From the NCBI GenBank assembly GCA_030433295.1, contig JAUIMJ010000041.1:1-21585 (forward strand): a stretch of 21,585 nucleotides of DNA, in the 5' to 3' direction. This document shows positions 1 to 8,343 of this stretch, piece by piece (positions within the stretch are counted from its first letter, which is position 1; every line of letters starts with the position of its first letter). Under the pieces are notes generated by a model. The model saw nothing but the letters and a program-made list of their open reading frames with translations. It searched no databases and was not told where the DNA came from. The DNA comes from a bacterium. Lineage in GTDB: Bacteria > Bdellovibrionota_C > UBA2361 > SZUA-149. Made by a program: the position numbers and the translations under genes.

Positions 1-22
1 CTTCTCTCTGCTGCTGTCGGGC

Positions 23-874
23 TTGAGCCTTTTTGCGAAAGGCCTGACGAACCTTACGAAAACCGTTTTCTCATACTTCGTATACCACCCCAGCCATGCC
101 ACAATTATAATCGCTTTGACGCTGGTAATTTCTCTTCTGACAATCACCGGCACTCAGGTGCACGAACAATTGATGCTCTCTCGGATCTCCGAGCAAAGCA
201 TCAACGCTATCGTCCTCGGTTCTCGATTCACCCGTGAATATACCCCGGAAACCGCGCGCAGACGTGGCTCTCAGGAATTCCTCAATGTCGGAGCACCCGA
301 GTGGATGCAGAGAGAATCGATCAAAGCGGTATTGTATCAGGCTCGACGATACGGACTGGGAGTTATCGACCAGGCAGTATTACTGGCAACTGTGGAAATA
401 GAGTCGGGTTTTAACTCTATGGCCCGAGCACCGACGACAACGGCATGCGGTCTGTTCCAGTTCGTACGGGCAACGGGTGAAATGTATGGCCTGCCACACA
501 ACGAGTGCATGGACCCCATGAAGAACGCTGAAGCCGGGGTGCTTCACTACATCGAAAATTACCAGAACTCAGTAGCCCGACACGTCCAAGGCCTTACTGG
601 TCCCGAGCGTTTGTTTGCGGTGTTTGAAAGAACCTATTACCTGCATCACGACGGACCATTCAGTTCCAATCCCTCGCCTGAGCTCAAAGCCACCGTCCTT
701 TCCGGTGTCGGCTTTCTCTTCAGAGCCTATGAGGTTTTACTGGAGGATGAGGCTCGTCAGAAACAACAACCGGGATTTCTCGACAGATTTTCAGCCGAGT
801 TTTGGAGAATAGTCGACACCATCGCCGTTCGCGTATCCGCCCTCGGATTCTCTCTGAGCCTCCCACCGCTCTAG
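23..874 (+). CDS. Membrane-anchored lytic transglycosylase (SLT / lysozyme-like domain) protein. The frame is open back to position 2, so the true 5' end may lie upstream of the window (the ORF-track start is a TTG).
   Basis: N-terminal hydrophobic helix (IIIALTLVISLLTITG). Central region carries the SLT catalytic signature (VEIESGFN ... ACGLFQF ... GVLHY). No in-frame stop between window start and 23. Confidence 0.6.
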   Translation: MSLFAKGLTNLTKTVFSYFVYHPSHATIIIALTLVISLLTITGTQVHEQLMLSRISEQSINAIVLGSRFTREYTPETARRRGSQEFLNVGAPEWMQRESIKAVLYQARRYGLGVIDQAVLLATVEIESGFNSMARAPTTTACGLFQFVRATGEMYGLPHNECMDPMKNAEAGVLHYIENYQNSVARHVQGLTGPERLFAVFERTYYLHHDGPFSSNPSPELKATVLSGVGFLFRAYEVLLEDEARQKQQPGFLDRFSAEFWRIVDTIAVRVSALGFSLSLPPL

Positions 875-1037
875 CTCCCCCTGTTACTTACATAGATATA
901 AGTGTGCGTAATAACGTCACTATTCTGCAAAAGAACGACATATCCCCTCCTTGTCCAATGCCGCCTAAAAATGGTAGAAATCTAAGCGAAAAAGGTAGAG
1001 CAGCCACCAAGGATTGCTAATCAGACTGCGTCAAACG

Positions 1038-1063
1038 CCCTGGGAACGCACGACTTCCCAGGG
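1038..1063. promoter_or_regulatory. Perfect 9-bp inverted repeat (CCCTGGGAA-N8-TTCCCAGGG) in the gap between the SLT gene and the SPFH gene. Could be an operator or a Rho-independent-like stem without a U-tract.
   Basis: Read directly from sequence: left arm 1038-1046, right arm 1055-1063. Confidence 0.25.
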
Positions 1064-1111
1064 GTATAACGTTTGGCATGAGTGTAATGCATAAGCACAG
1101 AGAGCGTGAGC

Positions 1112-2122
1112 ATGGGACTTTGGGACACCGTAAAAGGGCAACTTCGTTCAGTAATAGAATGGGAGAACGCTCACCAGGAGAATCTGTTTGAACTCTGGAG
1201 TATCAACGGAGACGAGATTAAGGACGCCTCCAAGCTCATCGTAAAGCCCGGACAGGGGGTGCTGTTCCTGTATGAGGGGCAAATCGAGGCGGTTCACCTA
1301 GAAGAAGGTCTCTACGATCTCAGTACCGACAACGTCCCCTTCCTCACCACACTCTCTAAATACATGCAGGCCTTTGAGAGTGAGCATAAAGTCGGGATCT
1401 ATTTCTTCTGGCAGACAGAGTTCCTCAATCAGAAATGGGGCACCCCTACCCCGGTAAAATACGACGACCCCGTGTACAAATTTCCGGTGGCGTTACGAGC
1501 GCACGGGAACTTCAGCTTCCGCATCACGCGCCCTGAATCTTTTTTCGTGAATGTCGTTGGTTCGCGTCCGGTCTACACCCTGCAGGACGCCAAGCGAGTA
1601 ATTGTAGATCGTTTCCTCCAGCAGCTCACGGATCTCTTCGCCGAGCAGGGACTCAGCTATGCCGAGATCGACAAGAATCGAAACGAACTGGCACAGGCGC
1701 TCACCACCCACTGCGCAGCCGAATTTGAACCCCTTGGATTCGAACTCACTGACCTTCGAATTGAGGGCACCGATTTTGATGAAGAGACAAAAGCGCGTAT
1801 CGCCCGCATCGCGGATATGACTGCCGAGGCAGAGGCTGCCAAGCGAGCTGGACTGAACTACGCGCAACTTCAACAGCTTGAGGCAATGAGAGAGGCTGCG
1901 AGGAATGAAGGTGGGATGGCCAGTGCGGGTGTGGGACTGGGAGCAGGACTGGGCCTGGGTCAGGCGTTCGCTTCTGGTATGACCAATATGCAGGCGGGTG
2001 CACCGGCTGCCGCAGACGATCCCACCGCTCGACTACAGAAGTTGAAGTCCATGTTCGAGGCGGAACTCATCTCAAAGGAAGAGTACGACAAGAAGAAGGC
2101 TGAAATTCTTGCAGACCTTTAG
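1112..2122 (+). CDS. SPFH/Band-7 superfamily protein (Band_7_1 / YdjI-like) with a C-terminal SHOCT-like tail.
   Basis: N-terminus MGLWDTVKGQLRSVIEWEN...LIVKPGQGVLFLYEGQ is typical of the YdjI-type SPFH family. Gly/Ala-rich linker. C-terminal ARLQKLKSMFEAELISKEEYDKKKAEILADL matches the SHOCT pattern (L..LK.L.d.G.Is.eEYe.KK..iL). ATG at 1112 preferred over the GTG at 1106. Confidence 0.8.
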   Translation: MGLWDTVKGQLRSVIEWENAHQENLFELWSINGDEIKDASKLIVKPGQGVLFLYEGQIEAVHLEEGLYDLSTDNVPFLTTLSKYMQAFESEHKVGIYFFWQTEFLNQKWGTPTPVKYDDPVYKFPVALRAHGNFSFRITRPESFFVNVVGSRPVYTLQDAKRVIVDRFLQQLTDLFAEQGLSYAEIDKNRNELAQALTTHCAAEFEPLGFELTDLRIEGTDFDEETKARIARIADMTAEAEAAKRAGLNYAQLQQLEAMREAARNEGGMASAGVGLGAGLGLGQAFASGMTNMQAGAPAAADDPTARLQKLKSMFEAELISKEEYDKKKAEILADL

Positions 2123-2162
2123 AGCAGCTTGCAAGAACACAATCAGATAGGACTTTTCCACA

Positions 2163-2786
2163 ATGAGTGAATTTGCCTTCTCCTGCCCCTCGTGCGGTGC
2201 CACACTCGAAATAGAGAACAGATTTTCAAAAGTGGTCATGTGCGTCTATTGCGGACAATCGTCTGCGATAAGTCCTGCTGGCCTCGACCCCACAGGTGAA
2301 AAGGCACTCCTTGCCGACTCTCCGTCGATATTTTCCATCGGCGCAAGCGGAAGCATGGTACTGGCTTCAAAAGGAAGACTGTCGTTTAAGGTGCTTGGTA
2401 GACTACGGTATAAATACGATGGCGGCTTCTGGGATGAGTGGTTTCTGGAATTTACAGATGGACAAAAGCTCTGGCTTCAGGAGGATGAAGGCGAGTTCAC
2501 CGCTTTTGAAAAAGAAAGCCTTACTTCCCCTCTACCCCCATTCGAACAGATATCCGTTGGAAGCGTCATTCCGATAAATGGCTTATCCGTGTTTGTTACA
2601 GAGAAAAGCACCGCGGTAATTGCCGGTGGGCAAGGCGAACTTCTCTTTAAGACAACCCCAGGCATGAGCGCCAAGTGCGTAGATGGAAACGCAGGAGGTA
2701 AGCTCGTCAGTATTGAGCAGACCCCGGAAGAGATTTGCCTCTCCGTCGGAGAGGAAATTGATATTTCGTCTATACAATTTGCATGA
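2163..2786 (+). CDS. Zinc-ribbon protein with DUF4178-like core (YdjG/YdjH-like partner of the SPFH protein).
   Basis: N-terminal CxxC-x17-CxxC (FSCPSCGATLEIENRFSKVVMCVYCG). Core GRLRYKYDGGFWDEWFLEFTDGQKLWLQEDEGEF shares the W/D/E-rich pattern with the next ORF. 40-nt spacing after the SPFH gene. Confidence 0.65.
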   Translation: MSEFAFSCPSCGATLEIENRFSKVVMCVYCGQSSAISPAGLDPTGEKALLADSPSIFSIGASGSMVLASKGRLSFKVLGRLRYKYDGGFWDEWFLEFTDGQKLWLQEDEGEFTAFEKESLTSPLPPFEQISVGSVIPINGLSVFVTEKSTAVIAGGQGELLFKTTPGMSAKCVDGNAGGKLVSIEQTPEEICLSVGEEIDISSIQFA

Positions 2787-2830
2787 GCGCATGACTGGAA
2801 TCTGCGAACCGAGTAATTGAGAGCTTCGTT

Positions 2831-4348
2831 ATGAGCGATTCAGGGCCAGTCTCTGAAGAAAAGATTGCACAGGAAGTGCGCTCCATGATTGCGATGGGGC
2901 AGTTTGATAGAGCTCGCGTGCACGCAAAGCAGCTCGTAGCGGACCCCACTCTGCGTCAATCCGTTCTCGAAGAAATTGAAGCGGCGCAGAATCGAATGAA
3001 CGTCGGTTCAAGCAGTGCATCGGAAAGCTTCTCCGTAGAAACCCTTCAGTGCCCAAGTTGTCGGGGCTCCTTGTCACGCGCTATCAGTGAATCAGAAACA
3101 CTAACCTGCCCGGCCTGTGGCGCGGTGATTGACATCAGCAAACACCCTTTCTCTGTTCTCGATCAACAAAAACCAACGGCATACGCACCGGCGTCGTTCA
3201 TATCGCTGGGAATGCTCGGCACTTTTGAAAACGAAACGTATCAGGTGATTGGTCGGATCTGCTACTCCTCCTCGATGCAGGAATGGGATACAGAAGACAA
3301 TCAGTATTACCCCGAAACCTGGGTCTATGACACATGGATCCTCCTGGGAGAGAGCAAACGCTACCTCTACATTTCAGAGGATCGCGAGGGGTATAGCCTG
3401 GCAAAACCATTTACTCCGACCAGTCCTGCCCTTCCCGAAGGACAGTCTCAGCTTGCGCTGATGACTGACCACGTTCCACAGCGGGTTATCGAATACGGCA
3501 CAACCTCGGTAACCTACTTTGAGGGCGAATTTACCTGGCTACCCCGCGTAGGAGAGAAAGGAAAATTTGCAGAGTATCGGTACGGTGCTTACACATACAG
3601 CACTGAAGCCCGGTTGAAGAAAGGAGCTAAAGAAATAGCTGAAGTTGAGTTCTACGAAAGCCGCTCGATCAGCAAACTCGAATTAGCACGCGCTTTCGAT
3701 ATCAAGGAAATCATTCTGGAAGAGGCGGCCCTTGCTCGGAAAGAAGGAGAACTGAGAAGGTTGTCGTATCTTTCATACGCGGTCGGTGGAATCCTTACTC
3801 TTCTGTTTTTTGGCTCCTGTTCTGTTGGCAGTACGGCCGTAGCCTCGTATGAAGTTGACTTCACCAGACTTCCGGAGTCGGGACTGACAAAAGGCCCGAT
3901 AGAACTAAGCGAAGAGGGCTCGATCTACCAGCTCACGCTGAGTACGAGCATTCCGGACAATTCCTACTCCTGGGGCGCCATCGAGCTTCTCGACGAAAAG
4001 AAAGCGCCGATTAACGCATTCGAGGGGGATTTCTGGCGTGAATCAGGCTACGATTCGGACGGAAGGTGGTCCGAATCCTCAGTCAGCACAAGTCACCTCT
4101 TCAAACTTGAAACTCCGGGTACATACTATGTCCGTTTTTTCTCAGAAAAGGGAACCGCCAGTCGCGGGAAACTGCGCTTTGCTTTATCTGAGGGCATCAG
4201 TCTTTCCCGCTACTACTTTATCGGACTACTTGGGGCCTTCGGCTTCGGCTTTTCAATGAGAAAATATAAGTCGGCCAATCCCTTTTATATGCTGATCGGA
4301 ATTTTTGCCATCGCAGGAATAATCATTTCTTCTATGGGAGACGACTAA
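2831..4348 (+). CDS. Zinc-ribbon + DUF4178-like protein with C-terminal transmembrane helices (YdjH-like).
   Basis: LQCPSCRGS...TCPACGAV zinc ribbon. EWDTEDNQYYPETWVYDTWILLGESKRYLY core resembling the previous ORF. Hydrophobic segments AVGGILTLLFFGSCSV and GLLGAFGFGF...MLIGIFAIAGIIISS. 44 nt after the previous gene. Confidence 0.7.
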   Translation: MSDSGPVSEEKIAQEVRSMIAMGQFDRARVHAKQLVADPTLRQSVLEEIEAAQNRMNVGSSSASESFSVETLQCPSCRGSLSRAISESETLTCPACGAVIDISKHPFSVLDQQKPTAYAPASFISLGMLGTFENETYQVIGRICYSSSMQEWDTEDNQYYPETWVYDTWILLGESKRYLYISEDREGYSLAKPFTPTSPALPEGQSQLALMTDHVPQRVIEYGTTSVTYFEGEFTWLPRVGEKGKFAEYRYGAYTYSTEARLKKGAKEIAEVEFYESRSISKLELARAFDIKEIILEEAALARKEGELRRLSYLSYAVGGILTLLFFGSCSVGSTAVASYEVDFTRLPESGLTKGPIELSEEGSIYQLTLSTSIPDNSYSWGAIELLDEKKAPINAFEGDFWRESGYDSDGRWSESSVSTSHLFKLETPGTYYVRFFSEKGTASRGKLRFALSEGISLSRYYFIGLLGAFGFGFSMRKYKSANPFYMLIGIFAIAGIIISSMGDD

Positions 4349-4351
4349 GGG

Positions 4352-4591
4352 ATGAGTTTGTTTACCAAGCTTTTGGCGCTCATGACGATCTCATGCCTGC
4401 TGATTCTCCCCTATGCTGCCAGCCGAGGCGGATGGGGTATCGGGAGTGAAAAAAACCCGATCATTCTAAAGGGCGCCTCTGAATCATGCCCGGAATATCA
4501 ACGTTCTCTGAACGGAACATGCAGACGAAGAATTAGAAGTTACTACTACGGTCGAAGCTATGTCGGGGGGGGACCCCGCTATGGTAAGTAA
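4352..4591 (+). CDS. Small (79 aa) secreted/membrane peptide with signal-peptide-like N-terminus and a Gly/Tyr/Arg-rich C-terminal tail.
   Basis: Starts 3 nt after the upstream stop and ends 15 nt before the next gene. Hydrophobic N-terminus LLALMTISCLLILPYAASRG. Operon position is the main support. Confidence 0.4.
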   Translation: MSLFTKLLALMTISCLLILPYAASRGGWGIGSEKNPIILKGASESCPEYQRSLNGTCRRRIRSYYYGRSYVGGGPRYGK

Positions 4592-4606
4592 TGCAAGGAG
4601 AAACCC

Positions 4607-4927
4607 ATGAACACACGGAAGATTTATTCACTTCGCAAGGCTATCCACGTTGGGGCAGCCACTCTGAGCATGCTCGCGCTTCCGGCCTCTGCCATCGCTG
4701 AGGTTCCGCAGTTTACCGGACATCAGGTAGCTGATGGCGTTTTGGCCACGATTCTCTACAGTGCGATCGGAATAGTTATGGCGTTCATCGCCTATCGAGT
4801 TGTTGACCTTCTTACACCGGGAAATCTCGGTAAAGACATTGCCGACGGAAACACGGCTCTCGCTATCCTTGCGGGATTTAAAATACTTGGCGTTTGTATA
4901 ATTATCGCGGCCGCTATCGTCGGCTAA
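4607..4927 (+). CDS. DUF350 family small inner-membrane protein (E. coli YjfL-like).
   Basis: Strong SD (AAGGAGAAACCC-ATG). Two long hydrophobic helices and a conserved-looking ...DLLTPGNLGKDIADGNTALAI... segment typical of DUF350/YjfL. Confidence 0.75.
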   Translation: MNTRKIYSLRKAIHVGAATLSMLALPASAIAEVPQFTGHQVADGVLATILYSAIGIVMAFIAYRVVDLLTPGNLGKDIADGNTALAILAGFKILGVCIIIAAAIVG

Positions 4928-4996
4928 GGGCATCACCCTGAGGCTATTGGGCCAGCGTTTCCTGGTCCGCTTTTCGGGCCCGCCTTTTTGGGCCCA

Positions 4997-5134
4997 ATTT
5001 TCCGGGATACCACTTTTTCGCCACGGTGGTCTTGGCTTCCCGGGATACGTGCACAGGCGAATCTTAGAAAAAGTAGTTGATGTTTGTTTCCGCGCAGCCA
5101 GGCACGTAACAAACAGCGGTAGCTGCTTGCAGCT
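4997..5134 (+). promoter_or_regulatory. Repeat-rich putative promoter/operator region upstream of the membrane-fused spermidine synthase gene.
   Basis: 221-nt gap. Direct repeats CCGGGATAC (x2) and TTTTNGGGCCC (x2). Inverted repeat TGTTTGTT-N19-AACAAACA (5081-5115). Palindrome AGCTGCttGCAGCT (5121-5134). Followed by SD AGGTGA-N5-ATG. Confidence 0.3.
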
Positions 5135-5148
5135 CGCCAGGTGATGCA

Positions 5149-6720
5149 ATGAAAAACACTGGTGTCGATGATTCCGAGGCAGAATGGCCCGGTACTGAAG
5201 GCAGACCGTATCTGAGCAACAAGCAGGTGTGCATACTTGCCACCTCGATACTCATTACGTCGCTCTGCGCCCTTGTATATCAGTTACTGATAAGCAGCCT
5301 GTCTTCCTACCTTCTTGGTAGTAGTATACTTCATTTCTCCCTCACTATCGGCTTCTTCATGTTCTTCATGGGAGTCGGATCCTACGCCTCGAAGTATCTC
5401 GTCAAAAATCTCGTAGAGCAATTTATCCAGATTGAAATAGCGATAGGATTTGTTGGCGGCATTTCCGCTGCGCTTCTCTACACGAGCTTTAGTCTCAGTA
5501 AGTATTACTACATCAGCGCACTTCTTATCATAGCAATCATTAGCTGCCTCATAGGCCTGGAAATTCCTCTCGTCGCTCGTATCCTCAGAGCGCGCAGCGA
5601 ATTAAAAGATACACTCGCTAACATTCTCGCGGTTGACTATCTCGGTGCGCTCTTCGCCTCGATTATCTTTCCCTTGATTCTGGTCCCCTATCTTGGACTG
5701 ATGCGCACCGCCTTCATGATTGGCATCCTCAACACGGCCATCGCTCTGGTCACCCTGCGAGCATTTCTGCCTTATGTTGTCAGGGCAAAGAGATTATTAT
5801 TTCTGGGCATTGCGGTAATTTCACTGCTTAGCGTTGGTCTGGTGTTTTCCTTTCGCCTCATTGGCTATCTTGAAGGCTTTATTTATCAGGACCCAATAAT
5901 CTACTCGGCAGAGAGCAGCTACCAGCGCATAATCCTGACCAAGCATAAAAACGATATTCGTCTATTTCTCAATGGCAACATTCAGTTCAGTTCCATCGAT
6001 GAATATCGCTACCATGAACCCCTGGCACATATAATTCTTCCCAAATTGCCCTCTCGTGAACAGGTCCTGATTCTCGGAGGGGGTGATGGATTGCTCGCAC
6101 GTGAGGTTCTCAAGTACAAAGATGTGAAGACGGTGACAATCGTCGACATCGATAAACGCATGACAGACCTCGGGCAGAAAAACCCTATCTTCCAAAAGCT
6201 CAATGATTCATCGATGAACGACCCTCGGGTACGCATTGTTAATGAAGATGCCTTTGGCTTTATCCAGGAGTCCGTCGAGCGCTTCAATGCCGTTTTGATT
6301 GACCTGCCGGACCCCAATGACCTCGCAATAGGAAAGCTCTACAGCGTGGAATTTTATCAGGCGATAAAGAAGCGTCTTACGGCTGATGGTATGCTGATTA
6401 CCCAGGCATCATCACCGTTTTTTGCCCGTGCGGCATACTGGTGTGTTGCCAGCACGCTTGAAGAAGCCTTCGACCACGTCACCCCGCTTTGGGTCTATGT
6501 ACCCTCCTTCGGACCCTGGGGCTTTCACATCGCCTCTTCGGTTTCCTACTCTCTTCAGGATGGCGACATACCGGTTTCCACCCAGTATCTGACTCCTTCG
6601 GTGGTTCCCTCACTCTTTGTGTTTGATGCCGACAGCGAACGAGTTCCGACTGACGTCAATCGCCTCGATAACCAGAAGCTCGTCGAGTATTATGAGGCTG
6701 GCTGGAACGAGTGGAACTAG
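5149..6720 (+). CDS. speE: Polyamine aminopropyltransferase (spermidine/spermine synthase family) fused to an N-terminal ~7-helix membrane domain.
   Basis: C-terminal half has the canonical motifs LILGGGDGLLAREV ... VTIVDID ... VLIDLPDPND...LYSVEFYQ ... QASSPF. N-terminal 230 aa are almost entirely hydrophobic helices. Good SD. Confidence 0.85.
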   Translation: MKNTGVDDSEAEWPGTEGRPYLSNKQVCILATSILITSLCALVYQLLISSLSSYLLGSSILHFSLTIGFFMFFMGVGSYASKYLVKNLVEQFIQIEIAIGFVGGISAALLYTSFSLSKYYYISALLIIAIISCLIGLEIPLVARILRARSELKDTLANILAVDYLGALFASIIFPLILVPYLGLMRTAFMIGILNTAIALVTLRAFLPYVVRAKRLLFLGIAVISLLSVGLVFSFRLIGYLEGFIYQDPIIYSAESSYQRIILTKHKNDIRLFLNGNIQFSSIDEYRYHEPLAHIILPKLPSREQVLILGGGDGLLAREVLKYKDVKTVTIVDIDKRMTDLGQKNPIFQKLNDSSMNDPRVRIVNEDAFGFIQESVERFNAVLIDLPDPNDLAIGKLYSVEFYQAIKKRLTADGMLITQASSPFFARAAYWCVASTLEEAFDHVTPLWVYVPSFGPWGFHIASSVSYSLQDGDIPVSTQYLTPSVVPSLFVFDADSERVPTDVNRLDNQKLVEYYEAGWNEWN

Positions 6721-6851
6721 AGCAGTCTTCGGATAAAGATAGTACGATTTTATCCTACGACTGCTCTAGTTTTTCTTCTCCCGCACGGACAGACGTCCGT
6801 GCTCGAAAGCATTTTTCGCTGCGCTCTTAAAAAAATGCTGCGGAGCAGTCT
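6719..6851 (-). repeat. Inverted-orientation copy (~1.1 units) of the three-hairpin intergenic repeat family that is tandemly arrayed at 19004-19340. Starts on the TAG stop of the speE-like gene. Candidate terminator / REP-like element.
   Basis: The reverse complement of 6719-6851 aligns with ...AGCATTTTTc..GAAAAATGCT...GCACGGAC-N4-GTCCGTGC...AGAGCAGTCGYAGGATAAA-N10-TTTATCCGAAGACTGCTCT of the 19-kb array. Confidence 0.7.
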
Positions 6852-7047
6852 CCCCTCTCCCTCACAGACCTGTGTCGGCTCTCTAAAGCGGCGCCCCCTC
6901 GTAGCTCGCTAAGGATGCGGAAGGGCTCACCTCTTTATAATTAGCGGCGCTTTAAGGCTTCGGAGCACCTTCCCTGCTTGACCTGCTGGCCGCTATTTGG
7001 GATCTTCTATCGAGTAACGATGTATTAACAAGTCCCTTCGGATTCCT

Positions 7048-8343
7048 ATGACTTTGCGCATTCTTTGCTCTGGGGATATTCACCTGGGCCGCCTTCCGAC
7101 GCGCGTACCCTGGGATTCCTTGCATGATGAAAACCAGAAGTATTCCCTTACGCAGGAAGCAGCGCTTGAACGCCTTGTGCAACATGCTATCAGCGAAAAG
7201 GTCCATGCGGTCATGCTCAGCGGTGACATCATCGATCAGGCAAATGCGTACTTCGAGGGCGTGGCTGCTCTGGAGTCCCAACTCCGAAAGCTTGAAGCAG
7301 CCGGGATACCGGTATATGCCGTAGCCGGAAATCATGACTGGAAAATACTCTCCGACTTTGCCGACAATGTTGCGGGATGTACCCTCCTGGGAAGAGACGG
7401 CACCTGGGAGTCGCGCGAGCTAGTACACGAGGGCAACACTCTTGCGTACCTGCATGGTCGCTCGTTCACCGAACGTTTTTTCTATGGCGACCCCACTGAG
7501 GGACTTGTCGTTACGAGGAACGATATCCCAAATATCGTTCTGCTCCACGCCGACGTTGGTGCACCAGCAGACTCTTCCTATGCACCCGTTTCGCTACAAC
7601 GCTTGAAACAATACAATGATTGTAGCTGGCTGCTCGGACACATACACAAACCACAAGTGCTGAGCGAGGACCCCCTGATTTTCTATCCGGGATCTCTTCT
7701 TCCCCTCGATCCGGGGGAAACCGGCTCTCATGGCGCGAGCCTCCTCACATTTCCCGACGGACAGACGCCTCGTCACAGGCATCTGCCCCTTGCATCCCTT
7801 CGCTACGAGAGTATTGAAATCGATCTGGGAGGCGCCGAGGAAGGGGAATCACTGGATCCGGTAGTTCACAAAACTATAAAAACCTGGATTGAAGAGAACA
7901 GGACGGACCTGCAGGGGACAGAACGAGTACTTGCACGACTGCAATTGACCGGAAGAGTTCCCTCACTCCATGAGATCGAACAATATCGCATTGAACTAAG
8001 TGAGCGTCGGGAAATCCACATCGATACGCTTGCATTCACCATTGACTCGATTGTCAATCGATGTGAGCTGAAGATCCCTCTCGAGGAGCTTTCCGAATCG
8101 CAAACGCCACCCGGATTACTTGCTCAGAAAATTCTGATACTTAAGCACAGGCAGCCAACAGATGCCTATGGAGCCCTGCTTTCTTCAGGCAAAAAGCGGG
8201 TCCAGCGAGAAATCGAACGTTCTCACGGGGCAGCAGTGGATCTTCGACCCTGGGAAGACGAAGAAACCGTGCGCGAGCTTCTCCTCGAAAGCAGTTTTCT
8301 GCTTCTCGATGCATTCCTCCGGCAGAAGGAGGAGACGGCATGA
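7048..8343 (+). CDS. SbcD/Mre11-like calcineurin-type metallophosphoesterase (DNA repair exonuclease family; B. subtilis YhaO-like).
   Basis: Phosphoesterase motifs in order: GDIHLG, LSGDIID, GNHD, LLHAD, LGHIHKP. Stop overlaps the start of the next gene (ATGA). Confidence 0.8.
   Translation: MTLRILCSGDIHLGRLPTRVPWDSLHDENQKYSLTQEAALERLVQHAISEKVHAVMLSGDIIDQANAYFEGVAALESQLRKLEAAGIPVYAVAGNHDWKILSDFADNVAGCTLLGRDGTWESRELVHEGNTLAYLHGRSFTERFFYGDPTEGLVVTRNDIPNIVLLHADVGAPADSSYAPVSLQRLKQYNDCSWLLGHIHKPQVLSEDPLIFYPGSLLPLDPGETGSHGASLLTFPDGQTPRHRHLPLASLRYESIEIDLGGAEEGESLDPVVHKTIKTWIEENRTDLQGTERVLARLQLTGRVPSLHEIEQYRIELSERREIHIDTLAFTIDSIVNRCELKIPLEELSESQTPPGLLAQKILILKHRQPTDAYGALLSSGKKRVQREIERSHGAAVDLRPWEDEETVRELLLESSFLLLDAFLRQKEETA

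Noticed and set aside
615-1020. Small + strand ORFs (615-812, 802-1020).
   Set aside because: The first is an alternate frame inside the SLT gene. The second lies in the intergenic gap with a Pro/Arg-rich product and no SD.
1070-1095. Sigma-54-like TGGCAT...TAATGCA upstream of the SPFH gene (and TGGCAC at 14298 and 17951/17969).
   Set aside because: The GG-to-GC spacing is 12 rather than 10 nt at 1073, and no -12 GC at the correct distance at the other sites. The resemblance is superficial.
1493-2003. Three ORFs (126, 61, 85 aa) antisense to the SPFH gene.
   Set aside because: They are embedded antisense in a gene with strong family support. The Pro/His/Ser-rich products are typical of spurious antisense frames.
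4628-5149. 173-aa ORF antisense to the DUF350 gene and the intergenic gap.
   Set aside because: It overlaps a well-supported gene on the other strand, has a Lys/Arg-rich low-complexity product and no SD.
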